From the human T2T-CHM13v2.0 reference genome, Homo sapiens: 64,000 nucleotides of DNA. Positions 1 to 15,092 of this stretch are shown one piece after another. The DNA lies in assembly GCF_009914755.1 (NCBI RefSeq), contig NC_060930.1, one strand, 5' to 3'. Both the position numbers and the translations under genes were made by a program. The stretch's first letter is position 1. The number at the start of each line of letters is the position of its first letter. Below the pieces are notes generated by a model. That model made no database searches. It was not told the origin of the DNA and saw only the letters and a list, made by a program, of their open reading frames with translations.

Positions 1-550
1 CACAGTTCTACTCTCTATAATAAAAGGAAACTTGTTGACAGTACAACATGGTATTTGGCTTATATAGGTGGTATTTGAGGCTCATTCTGAATGTACATTT
101 TTCTATAATGGTTATATATATTTATGCTAATAAGTGACTCCTTTCTTTTAAAATAGAATATTTCAGTGCTTTAGTAGTAAAATTGCTTTCAGTTACATCA
201 TCAAAATCTTTATCATTATATTTTAGTGATAATACCCTTGTTTTTATGCTTTAATAGACTGGGGGAGGGAGAGGGAAATGTATTAAACACCTTAAGCTTA
301 GAGTTAAAACTTTAAACATCAAGTGTATTCTCTTCTGACTGAAAGGTTTGTAAGAGAATTTTGTGATCAGTCTTCTATCATTATTTGTTCTCTTTGTAAG
401 AACACTGGCAGACACATGTTGTTCTTTTAGAGGATATTTGAATGGTATAAATGGCATGGAAAAGTGTTTAAGAAAACACACACATTTCTTTGAACATTTC
501 AAAGTAAAATGATCATAATTGTTCTAAAGTGGGTATCCATAAGAGTAGCT

Positions 551-693
551 GGACTGGGCAAGGTGGCTCACACCTATAATCTTAGTACTTTGGGAGGGCA
601 AAGCGGGAGTATCTCTTGAGCCCAGGAGTTCCAGACTAGCCTTGGCAACATAGGAAGGCCCTGTCTCTACAAAAAAATAAAATAATTGGCCTG
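551..693 (+). mobile_element. Alu monomer (FLAM/AluJ left arm)
   Basis: left-arm consensus plus A-rich end. Confidence 0.8.
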
Positions 694-1004
694 GAGTAGG
701 TAGTAAGACAGTAAACAAACTGGAAAGTCCAGCTATTTTTAATTTCCAACCAAACTGTTGAATCAATTAAAAAAAAAAACGAGTCTATAGTGCCTTTCAA
801 ATGCCTGAATTTTGACATTTGTACATCAGCTGATGGATTAATATTTTGAATTGCTATGTGATGGCTCTGCATGGGCATGGTGGCCAGTGCTTCAGTTTTG
901 ACAGCATTACCATCCTTGGTGATGACATGGACAGCAATGTTTCTACAATTGTTTGAAATGGTAAATATATTTTTGATTACATGCTGCCTTTTAGGCATAC
1001 GCTT

Positions 1005-1600
1005 TTATTCATTCCAAGTATTTATCGAACCTGCTGTTACAGGATACAGTGCATCCTGCATAAGGATACAGTGATGAACAAAGCAGACAAGATCCCCGCA
1101 GTCCTGTAGTTTACATTCTTATGGGACAAAGACTAATAGTGAACAAGTAAAACATGAAATAATAATTTCCATGTAGAGAAGTGTAATGGGTTGATGTGAT
1201 AGACTGACAGTATGATTTCTTTAAATCGCATATTCAGGGAAACTCTTTACTATGAAGCTAACATTTAACTAAAGACTAAATGGGGAATTGGCAGTGCCAC
1301 GATCATAAGAATGGCTTTTCCAGATAGGGAAGAGGTTGTGCTAAGTTACTAATCCAGGAATGAGTTTGGCATGTCAAAGAACAGAAAAAAGGGGCCACTA
1401 AGGCTGGAGCTTAGAGAGGAAAGGAGACAATGTTATGAGACGGGTTTGGAGAGACTGGCTGGGACCTACGTCATAAAAGGTTTTTGTAAGGTGATCTGAA
1501 GCATTTGGATTTTATATTAGTGCGATAGAAGCTTTCAGAGCATTTGAGATAGGGAAGTATTGTTACCTGATAAATATTTGAGATTTTTAAACACAGTCTT
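1005..1600 (-). mobile_element. L2 remnant
   Basis: ttcattccaagtatttatcga...gatacagtgatgaacaaagcagac pattern typical of L2 3' end. Confidence 0.6.
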
Positions 1601-2039
1601 TTGCATGTGATTTATAATTTGGCATAAATAGAAGTTTAAATCAGTGGCAATCAGTTAAGGCTGGGCAAGTTCCTCTCTAAATGGAGGTGTGTTACAAAGG
1701 AAAATCAGTAATAGTCTGTAAGTACTCAAAACTATCTCAGCAAGGTCTAGGAGTTGGGGAGGTAGAAAGACAGAGGTAAAACCAATCTTTTTGGTGGGGG
1801 AGGTGGGGATTGGAAGGGTTAAGGTGGAAAAATAAAAAGATTTTGAAGGTCTCATCCCATTAGGGATATAATATAATTTGCTTGAGGAAATCATTTGAAT
1901 CTTGGTAACTGTAATAAGCATTGAGAGGGAAGGTAACTATATTCATTTGTTAAATTCAGTAAGGAAGCAAAAGAGTATGTTGTGCAAACAGTGTTGTATA
2001 AAAATAGGAGAAAAGAGGAAACAAAATGAAATAATAAAC

Positions 2040-2640
<601 letters not shown>

Positions 2641-2939
2641 TTATCAGTTAAATAGGAATAATGAATTTTAACTGTAAAATAAATAAGACTTGATTCATTT
2701 TCATAGAAATGTATGTATTTGGCCATCTTTTATAATAATGGAAAAATTAATAAAAAGAGCTATCATTAAAGCAAGGCAAACAACAATAACAAAAAGAGAA
2801 ATGGTGTCCAGATCCTGGTTTCTAAATACCACTCTCCACTAAAAGGAATTTGGAGAAATGGCTGATTCTGGGGTTGTGATAGGTAAGACACAGAATGAGT
2901 ATGGTATCAGAAACCTAGAAAATGTTCAAAAAATTAAGA

Positions 2940-3076
2940 GTGCCCACTTCAAAAGCACCTGTACTAAAATTGGAACAATAGAGAGATGATTAGCATGGAT
3001 GACACACGAATTAGTAAAGCATTTCATATTCTTGTAAACTGTGTATGTTTTATCACAGTAAAAAAGAAAAAAAAAA
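2940..3076 (+). pseudogene. U6 snRNA retropseudogene (2940-3033, internal deletion) followed by a short L1-like 3' end and A-tail
   Basis: gtgcccacttcaaaagcacctgtactaaaattggaacaatagagagatgattagcatggatgacacacgaattagtaaagcatttcatatt aligns by eye to U6. Confidence 0.9.
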
Positions 3077-3324
3077 CACCAAAAGGATGTAGTTACATCA
3101 AAGGGAAACGGGAGCCAACTAAAAGGGCTCCCAAATGCCCAAACTGATAACAATTGGATTATAACTTAGACCGAGGGACACTCTATGAAATACCTGACGA
3201 GTTCTCTCTAAATACTGAAAAACACAAGAGAGGAGACTAAGGAGACATGATGACTTAATGCATTGTATCCTAGATTGGATCCTGGAACAAAAATGGGGTA
3301 TTAGTAAATAGCTGGTAAATTTCT

Positions 3325-3641
<317 letters not shown>

Positions 3642-4190
3642 GGTAAATTTCTAAGGCTAGAATTTAGTTCGTAATAGTGTACCAGTGTTGGTTTCTTTTT
3701 TGACGTGTGATGGCAATATTAAGGTGTTGACATTAGGGTAAGAGATATAAGGGTATTCTGAATTGTCTTCGTAACTTTTCTGCAAATCTAAAATTATTTC
3801 AAACTTAGTTTACTACAAAAAATAGACTTTCACCACTGAGGCTTATCGAACTTTTAATGAACAGAGCATTCTGATGTTATTTAAACAATTCAGGATAGAG
3901 AAATAAATGCTCTCTAGTTCATTTTAAACAGCTTGTAAAAATCTTGGGTTTATGAAATGGGACCTCTGAAGCTACACAAACGCAAACCCTAAGAAGCAAA
4001 AATGCTACCCACCTACACAGGAAGACAGCAGATGACAGTAGAGCTTCTCTGCCTCTGGTTGGTTAGGGGTAGAAAAGAAATAGCCACTTTGAGATTAAAT
4101 CCTAGGCTTGATTTTCAATGAGTTTGGAATTTGAAATTTATACCTGCAAGAGTAATGGAATCCTCAAATTAAGAAATTAATGTAAATGCT

Positions 4191-4488
4191 GGCCAGGTGT
4201 GGTGGTTTATGCCTGTAATCTCAGCACTTTGGGAGGCCGAGGCAGGCAGATCACTTGAGGCCAGGAGTTCGAGGCCAGCCTGGCTGACATGGTGAAACAC
4301 CATCTCTACTAAAAATAACAAAAATTAGCACAGCATGGTGGCGCACACGTGTAATCCCAGCTACTCAGGAGGCTGAGGCATGGGAATCACTTGAACCCGG
4401 GAGGCAGAGGTTGCAGTGAGCCAAGATTGCGCACGCTACTGTTCTCCAGCCTGGTGACAGAGCCAGACTCTGTCTCAAAGAAAGAAAG
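4191..4488 (+). mobile_element. AluS
   Basis: full dimer; TSD aagaaattaatgtaaa. Confidence 0.92.
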
Positions 4489-5209
4489 AAATTAATGTAA
4501 ATTTTCATTTTAGATCATCTAGCAAAAAGGTTTTAAAACTGAATTTTGGAGAAAATAATATATGGCTAGGTAGTTTATCAAACATTTTTATCTTGAAATG
4601 TTTATATTCTTGTATTTAAGATACTCTGTTTCTTTATTATAATTTTTAAAAAACAGAACTTTAATTTGCCCTGCTTTTATAGGAAAAAATATAGCAAATA
4701 TTGAAAACAGTGGCCATAAATTCTGGAAATACAGGGAAGTATACACATTAGTTTAATGTTACAATACTTGGTAAGATTGTAGCTATCATATGATGTATTC
4801 AGCATGTTGTCCCTCATTAGCAAAGATGGCTCAGTACACAAGTTCAAATTGCAAGAGCACTGCATTAATATAACAGTTTCATCAATCTCTATACATGCTT
4901 GTATGATTTACTGTCTCAGATGATTTATGTCAATTGTTTTTACTAAATCTAGGTAAACCTGGATTTGGAAATAAGACTATATTATATTCTCTTTAGTGTG
5001 AAAGTGTATGGAATTTGAAAATATGCATTTTATTTTAATCCCAAGTTAGGAACTAAAAACCTACCTTCTTTCTTATAAGACTGTTACTACTACATCTCAG
5101 GCAAATTCTCATTTTCATAATGCATATCTTCACAAATTTCAAATTTTTCAGTGTGGAAATTGCCCAGTTTTACCAGATGTTGCTCTGCTTGATATTGGTG
5201 CAATTTGCT

Positions 5210-5375
5210 GGGATTCAGATTCTGGCATTGCTATTTAATAATTGTGTGACCATGGACAAGTTGATTAACCTTATTGCATTTCAATTTTTTCATGTATAAA
5301 GTATTAATATGTTATATAAGTTTATTGTGAGGATTAAAGGAATTAATAAATACAAAGCACACATGGCACATGATG
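5210..5375 (+). mobile_element. MIR
   Basis: tgtgtgaccatggacaagttgattaacc...tgtgaggattaaa. Confidence 0.6.
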
Positions 5376-5410
5376 CTATTTTCTGACTGCTATTATAAGT
5401 ACACTACTGT

Positions 5411-5769
<359 letters not shown>

Positions 5770-6587
5770 TCAGTTCAAGTGCCTTGACTTTTTGTAATAT
5801 AAGAATTTGAAATTCTTGCAAGAAAATTTCTTTGGAACTTTTGTTTGAGTAAAATGATTTTAATGAAATGAAAGCTATGATTTACATTACTAGATCACCA
5901 GTGTGAATAGAATTACAAATAAATAGCCTCTTTTATTTTTATGTGGTTTATTTAGAGTAGGAAAGTAGCTATTGTAGCTCCCTGGTGTGTTGCACTTTTT
6001 GCAGTTCCCCTTCTGTGATGCGCTTTTATACAATTAGCTATAAGGTTTTTGCTTTTTTTCCCCCCAAATTTTGCTTTTTTCCCCCAAAATTAGTGTTGTG
6101 TTTAAATAGATACAGTATTTGGATGTAGTATTTAGATATAGTACTTAGTTACTAAGGATTATGTTTAAAATCCTTGATATTGTGTGTATTTGAAGTTTAA
6201 GAGAGGAATTTAATACTTTACAACAAACATACTTTATAGCCCCTGACATAATGTAATCATACTACAAGACTAAATACTTGTTCCACGATTGCTGATCTTG
6301 TACGTAACGTTTTTTGTTCTGATTTTGGAATTGTCCTCAAGACAATCTCATTCAACATTTATTCCTTTATTTATTAATTTGTTTTTAAACAACTAAAAAA
6401 TACAGTAAAATTTTACAAATTGAGTTTCATTTATTGGTATAGTTTTGTTATTTTATAGTATCACTTTTTATATGGCAAAGAAGCTATGATTTGCTTTTAA
6501 TAGGCTTATTGTAAGTATGCCATTAACTTTTTCATTTTGAAAACTGTATTTCCTGTTAGAATAAAACTACATAAATTTCTTTTTTAG

Positions 6588-6658
6588 GAAAGAATACCCA
6601 CCTCATGTCCAAAAAGTTGAAATTAATCCTGTAAGGTTAAGTCGGCTCCAAGGTGTTG
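6588..6658 (+). CDS. SENP6: SENP6 coding exon (ref. exon 7), 71 nt, (R)[23 protein letters not shown](E)
   Basis: tttttAG acceptor at 6586-87 and G|GTAAGT donor; translation matches recalled SENP6 and joins the next exon in frame. Confidence 0.96.
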
Positions 6659-7881
6659 GTAAGTGTGCAGTTTTGTTACACCTGTGAAGGATTTCAAATT
6701 GCTGTATGAAAAGTACAATGGAGATACGATGCTGGCTTTAGAATATTCCCAGGTATAATAGATATATATGTAGAAAACCATTTTTTTGTAACTGATTTGA
6801 GAATTTCTTCAATGGTAACCTGATACCTGGAACAGTTGCACAGTTAGGTGATTACAGTTTGAAATCTTTTGATTATTTTAGCATTTTTGCTATGTTACAA
6901 ATTTGCAAATAGTGTAACTGTAGTTGAGCTATAGCTTTGAAATTGAGTTTTATTGAACTATGTTATAATGTATTATGTAATTGTGTTTCCACTTACTGGT
7001 TTTGCTTCTAAAATTTAGAATACATTAGGGAAACACTCAATTAAAAAGAGACCACACCTGCTAAAACTGTGTTAATAGTAGATACTGGAAAATCATGGTG
7101 AGTAAGTATTTATATTCATATTGAAATATTTTTCAATATACTGGTTATTAATCCAAAAAATAAAATAAGGGCAAATAACATTTATAAAAAATATATCATC
7201 ATAAAATCAGTTTTCATTATCTGGAATAATGATTCTTAATGTGTGTCCATCTTGTTTTTCTGAGGCCTTTGTTTGTTTAAATAGCTCTGATGGCTCTTAC
7301 TTCCAAAATAGAATAATTTTTAAAAGCTAGGTTTTTCTGATAGCTTAGAATGTGCTTTTAAAAAACACCCACATTTTTTTTTCTACTTTGGGTGAAAATC
7401 TTTTGTGCATGTATTGAACATTTCTCTATTTCATAAAGAGAATATTCCAAACATTTCATCCTTTCTTAATAATGAACAGTCTTTATAGATGTGAATTATT
7501 ATACTTTACATACCAAGCATAGTTAAGCTTACTAAGTTTATTAAGTTTAGTAATAGTGACTACTCTCTTCAGCATTTATTCTGTTATACCTTAAATGTTT
7601 ATTGAGCTCTTACTCTGCTATATGCTTAGTCCAGTGCTTTGCATTCATTATTTACTTTTATCCTAGCTTTCTGTTGAAGATCCCTATAAGCTAAAAAACT
7701 TCCTCAAGGACATAGGGCTAGTAAATGACAGAGCTGGTATTGGAACCCATGTCTGTTTGATGCCAAATCCCACTCTTAAACACTGTACATTACTATATTC
7801 TTGCTCTGTCACAAAGAAGGTTACTACTAATCCTCAGAACTGTACAAAAGGTATTATTTTTATTTTAACAAATGCATTTCT

Positions 7882-8218
<337 letters not shown>

Positions 8219-8360
8219 CTAATAATGGTTTTAGATGCCTATCAGCCAGGCTTGTTACCAATAATTTTTAAAGTTTATTCAACAGCATTCATTAAGTAAA
8301 TAAGCATATTCAAGTTAAGAGAAAAAAGAGCATGCTTATTTACTGTTCTTTTAACTTGGG

Positions 8361-8671
8361 TTTTGTTTGTTTGTTTGTTGTTGTTGTTTTTTGAGATGGG
8401 GTCTCACTCTGTAGCCCAGGCTGGAAGGCAGTGGTGTGATCTCAGCTCATTGCAACCTCCGCCTCCCGGGTTCAAATAATTCTCTGCCTCAGCCTCCCGA
8501 GTAGCTGGGATTACAGGCGCCTGCCACCAAGCCCAGCTAATTTTTGTATTGTTAATAGAGACGAAGTTTCACCATGTTGGCCAGACTGGTCTCAAACTCC
8601 TGACCTCGTGATCCACCCACCTCGGCCTCCCAAAGTGCTGGGATTACACGCGTCAGCCACCGCGCCTGGCC
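8361..8671 (-). mobile_element. AluS
   Basis: full dimer; inverted relative to the Alu at 7882. Confidence 0.9.
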
Positions 8672-8679
8672 CTTAACCT

Positions 8680-9450
8680 ATTATTTTGAAATAATTTTAG
8701 ACTTAGAGAAAATTTGCAAATTTAATACAGAGACATACGTTTATTTTTTCACACAGCTTCCCTTAATGTTAGTATTTTATAATCCTCGTACACTTAGCAA
8801 AACTAAGAAATTGGTATAAGATTCTTAACTAAGCTGTAGAACTTATTTAGATTTCACTAGCTTTTCACTAATATCCTTTTTCTGTTCCACGATTCATTCT
8901 GTGATCCCACATAGCATTTGTCATGTTCTCTTAGTTTCCTTAACGATTTTGAAGACTAGTCAGTTGCTTTGTATAATGCCTCTCAATTTGGTGATGATGA
9001 TGTCTTAGGATTAGATTAAGGCTATGCATTTGGGGCAAGACTTCCACAGAAATGATGTTGTGGCATTCTCAGTGCATCATTTTAGGGGTTACATGATGTT
9101 GAATATGTCTTAGGATTGGTAGTGTTAACCATGATCATTTGGTTAAGATACTCTCTGCTGGGTTTTTTCACTGTAAAATTACCGTTTTTCCCTTGGTGCT
9201 TAATAAAGATTTTAGAAGAGATATACTCTGAAACTGTGCAAATACCCTGTTTTTCTTCAAACTTTCACCCACTGATTTTAGCATCCATTGGTGGGTCTTG
9301 CTGGCATCAGTTACTGCTTAATGTTTGTCTAATGTTGATTTTCTGTTTTCTTCATTTCTTTTACATTTATTGATTGGAAATCGTCTGTAGGGAAGATCTG
9401 TACCTTCCTGATATATTTATTGATGATTATTAATTATTTATAGCTGTGGA
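8680..9450 (-). mobile_element. L1MC-like 3' end remnant
   Basis: ttattttgaaataattttagacttagagaaa...ctctgctgggtttttcactgtaaa motifs. Confidence 0.6.
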
Positions 9451-10210
9451 CTCATTATTAATAAATGAGGGTTTTATGAGTAATACTTGTAAACCTTAGG
9501 AGAGGAATGTTGATGTATTTAACTTGTAAACTTTGTTTTCAGCTTCTTTTGTGTTAGGTAGGTACATGTATGCTTGGGTGTAGGATAAATAGCAATGCTA
9601 TAATAATACTGTATATATTGTTATATGAAGATTGCATTTTATTTCAAGATTTCCTTTGGAGATAACTTTTAAAACATTGAGATTTCAAACCACAAGATCA
9701 CTAATTACTTGCATAACACTTAGCATAATTTTCTCCTAAACGATATCATGGTCTTTCTATAGTTAACACTCAAGGTGATTTTCTTTATTGTTCTCTTTGC
9801 CTTCTTTATTTTGAATTTGAGGCACTTAGTATATTTTTTTATAAGTTATAGCCACATATCAGTACTTACCAGCATGATAAGCAGTTCTTTACTATAAAAT
9901 TAAAGTTTGTAAACCATTAAGTGTAATTTTTGGTCAGACCACAAGTCCTGTTGCTTTTTTATTTAGTTGCTTTAAAAATTTTTTCTAAACATACAGAATA
10001 ACAACCGTTAAGATCTCATTTTTCTCTCCACCTACTCTCTCATTTGTTTCTTAAACTCCCTTTTTTTTCAGCCTGTTTTTTGTATCCTTGTTAGAGAGAA
10101 CAGACATATATTGTCCCTGAATGTACATTTAATTATATTCTTCATGTAATTACATTATGTAATTACAACTCAATCACCTAATTTAGCACTGCTTAACACA
10201 TGTTAACTTT

Positions 10211-10507
10211 TGCTTTTTGTTCGTTTTTGAGACAGGGTCTTGCTCTATTACCCAGGCTTGGAGTACAGTGACATGATTATGGCTCACTGCAGCCTCGACC
10301 TCCGAGGCTTACATCATTCTCCCACCTCCACCAAGTAGCTGGGACTGCAGGCGCATGCTGCCACATCCAGCTAATTTTTTGTATTTTTTATAGAGATAAG
10401 GTTTCACCGTGTTGCCCAGTTTGCTGTCAGGCTTCTGGGCTCCAGCGATCTGCTCGCCTCAGCCTCCCAAAGTGCTGGGATTACAGGTTTGGGCCACTGC
10501 TCTGGCC
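10211..10507 (-). mobile_element. AluJ
   Basis: full dimer; TSD cacat(g/a)ttaacttt. Confidence 0.9.
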
Positions 10508-10746
10508 ACATATTAACTTTCAACCAGTCATGGTAGCTGTTGTTAATATTTTAATATATAACTCTCCAGATCTTTTCTATGCACATATACTCATTTTTAA
10601 ATTGATACATAATATTCATACTGTATGTACTGTTCTGTATGTAACTTGCTTTCTGACTTTATGATATCTAGTTTTTACACTCTCATTAAAAGATGACAGA
10701 CATGGAACCAGCATGGAAAACACAATTAAAGGAAGTTTAAGAATCA

Positions 10747-11046
<300 letters not shown>

Positions 11047-11107
11047 GAATCAAATGGATTCTTAAATTTATGGAGGACTTCCTTACAACTTTTTTTTGAC
11101 CTCGTGA

Positions 11108-11209
<102 letters not shown>

Positions 11210-11411
11210 TAAATGTGCAGTGGCCCACTATGTTTATGTGGCATAATTTGTTTTCAATGTTTTGACATTTAAAATATTATTACTGTACTGGTACGTGCTT
11301 TTTATATATTTGATCTATTTCTTTGCATCAGATCCCTAGAAATAAAATTTGGGGGACAAATGATATACAGATTTTTAAGACTTGATACGTTAATGCCAAA
11401 ATGCCTTGTGT

Positions 11412-11580
11412 GGCCAGGCGCGGTGGCTCACGCCTGTAATCCTGGCACTTTGGGAGGCCGAGGCAGGTGGATCGCTTGAGGTCAGGAGTTTGAAACCAGT
11501 CTGGCCAACATGGTGAAATCCCATCTCTACTAAAAATCTCAAAAAAAAAAAAAAAAAAAAAAAAAGAAAAAGAAAAAAAA
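11412..11580 (+). mobile_element. Alu left arm only, long A-tail
   Basis: TSD aaaatgccttgtgt. Confidence 0.88.
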
Positions 11581-11848
11581 TGCCTTGTGTAAAGATGGTT
11601 AGCTCCCAACACAGTATTATTTGAGTTGGCCTATTTTCTCCTGCTTTTCAGCAACATTAGATTATTATCATTCTTTTAGTTTTTGCCAGTCTGATCAAAA
11701 TGTTTTTCTTATATTTTCTTCATAACTGGTGAGATATCTTACTTACATGATTAATGGCCATTTGAATTTATTTTATTTATGTCTGCCCATTTATTTATGT
11801 GTCCTTTGCCTGTTTCTTACTTATTTAGCAACTCTTTGTTATCTTTGA

Positions 11849-12192
<344 letters not shown>

Positions 12193-12790
12193 TTACTTTT
12201 TTCTAATGTTGTCAAATAGTACATTGTAGTTGAATCTGTTGTTAAAGTTGGGTTTCCTTAGTATTGTATTTAGTAAAGCTTTTCCAACCCTGGGATTTTA
12301 AAAATATTCACCTTTATTTTCCAAAAGTCCTTGTAGATTTATTTTTATTTATTTACATGTTTTTACATGTACATCATTTTTATTTAACAGCATTATTTTA
12401 TTAATTAACCTTGTTTTCCCTCAATGCGTTTGGGTGAATGTCAGGAATGCCTACTGAAGTATTTAATAAATTGCTCTAGGAATCAATTTCAACATTTTTT
12501 CTCATGTTTTTGGAATGTTGTGTTTTTTTTTTTTAACTAGTTTATTTTGCAAATATATTTGTAAGTTTTCCACTGATATCTTAAAGTTAGGTATGATTAT
12601 TAATTCAAGCTGGCCTTGTGCCCCTATAAAATGACAGTGTCTGTTCTTGGGAAACTCCACGGCTAGATAGACTACAAACTTGTGAACATACTGTTGTAGA
12701 GTCAGAAAGTAGTATGTAAAAGCCAATTTAAAATGTGGTATCATAAAGGAGTGGTCACTGCCCTTTTCTGGAGTTTTAATTAAATCTTCA

Positions 12791-13113
<323 letters not shown>

Positions 13114-13659
13114 ACATAAGTAAAGCTGAGTTTTGAATCACTGGAATTTGACATACCAAGTCGAGGAGGAAAAGCTTTGCACCTAATGAGGATGGAATGC
13201 AAAGGCACAACAGGTGAAAGAGTCTCATCTTATTTGAACAAATAATGTATTTGATTGGAGAATGGGTAGAGGATAGCCAGAGTTGAAGCCATAGAAGTAG
13301 GTAGAGGTAGATTGTCATGCTAAAGAGTTTTTACAAAATCCTGTATGCCAAAAGTATAGTATTTAGCCAGAAGTGATTTTTAAAGAAGATAATGAGAATG
13401 TGATAGATACATGACTTTAGTTTTATTTTACACTGAAAATCAGTAGCAGCTACATGATGGAGAAAACCATTTTTCTAGTTTGTCTTTCTCTTTTGAAAAA
13501 TTATAAAAAATAATGTAAAAGCAAATACATAATCATTATAAAGATAACAGTTTGTATTCTATCACTGTCGTCTGGGTACTTATTTTTCAGCGTATTAGTA
13601 GTATCACAACTAAAATCTCAAATAAGAAAGTTAAGCCTCTTCCTTACCCTGCTTCTCCC

Positions 13660-14660
13660 ACAACTTCTATTATGAAAATGTTTATGCAGAAAAGTTGAGA
13701 CTTCTACAGTGAACATGTGTATATCTATGTGGTAGATAGATATAATTAACACTTTTCTGTTCTTGTTTTATGACATGTCCATCTAGTCATCCCTTACTAC
13801 GTTAATTCATCTTATTTTTTGATGCATTTTAAAGTCGATTGTAGACGCCTGGTATACTTCTAAACACTTCAGTGGGCATATTATTAACTAGAGTTCAATA
13901 TTTGTTTACAGTTTATTTTCTTTTGAGGGCTTGTTTGGAGGTTCTAGCAGGGGAGCACAGCTACTTGTATACCCTTGAACCAAGATCGGTCCTCCTCTAT
14001 TGGGGATGGTCGTCCTCTTTCACCCAGTGTGCAGCTTTGGAAGGGATGCGCATGGAGCGATGAGGGAGGAAGTGGACACCCACCTAGCCAGCCAGATCAG
14101 CCCAGTTACCCCTGGCGATCAATGGGGTGACAGATGTCGCAGCCAGATCACCCTCACATTCTTTCTTTTGAAATAAAATTTACTACAATGAAATACATAA
14201 ATCTTAAGTATATAAAATTTGAAAACTACATATCCCTTTCTAACCAAAATCCCCATGAAGACATAGTAGAAATGGTATCAGCACCTTAGGAAAGTTCCCT
14301 CATGTTCTTTCACAGTTAGTCCCTACCTCTTCCCCCTCAAATGTAACCATTGTTCTGATTTTTCCTAGCATAGATTAATTTTACCTGTTCTAGGACTTCA
14401 TGTAAATGGAGTAATGCACTATATACTCTTATGTGAGGCTTCTTTCATTCAGGATCTTATTTTGAGACTCATCCATCCTGGTGCTTGCATCAATAGTTTG
14501 TTTCTTTTTAACATTGCATTGTATGAGTATAACAAGTTATTTATCGATTTTCCTGATAATCGATAATATAAATAATCGATAAACAACACCTGGGTTGTTT
14601 CCAGTTTTTGTCTATTAAGAATAAAGCTGCTATGAACATTCTTTTTATGAAGGATCTTTT
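13660..14660 (-). mobile_element. Old L1M 3' remnant hosting the 7SK copy
   Basis: ggcttctttcattcagg...tgggttgtttccagtttt...aataaagctgctatgaacatt. Confidence 0.65.
13923..14161 (-). pseudogene. 7SK retropseudogene, 3'-truncated (about nt 1-239), no poly(A)
   Basis: reverse complement begins GAATGTGAGGGTGATCTGGCTGCGACATCTGTCACCCCATTGATCGCCAGGG (7SK 5' end) and ends CTAGAACCTCCAAACAAGCCCTCAA; flanked by TTTCTTTTGA direct repeats. Confidence 0.95.
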
Positions 14661-14798
14661 TTTAACTTGATTTTTTAAATGTCTTCTATTTATATCGAAC
14701 CTGTATATAGATCACTCTTACCCAGTAATATCTTCCATAGTCTCCCCTTTTGTGCATACCTGGAAATAGTGTAGTGTATTTAAAAAGACATTGAGCTA

Positions 14799-15092
14799 GG
14801 CTGGGCGTGGTGGTTCATGCCTGTAATCCCAGCACTTAGGCCGAGGTGGGTGGATCACCTGAAGCCAGGAGTTCGAGACCAGCCTGGCCAACGTGGCGAA
14901 ACCCTGTCTCTACTAAAAATACAAAAACTAGCCAGGCATGGTGACGCATGCCTGTAATCCCAGCTACTCAGGAGGCAGAGGCAGGAGAATTGCTTGAACC
15001 TGGGAGGCAGAGGTTGAGTGAGCCGAGATTGCGCCACTGCACTCCAGCCTGGGCGACAGAGCAAGACTCCGTCTCAAAAAAAAAAAAAAAAA
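14799..15092 (+). mobile_element. AluS
   Basis: full dimer; TSD acattgagcta. Confidence 0.9.

Noticed and set aside
915-1080. TGATGA boxes suggesting an intronic C/D snoRNA
   Set aside because: No suitably placed CTGA with a terminal stem was found; the second box lies in L2 sequence
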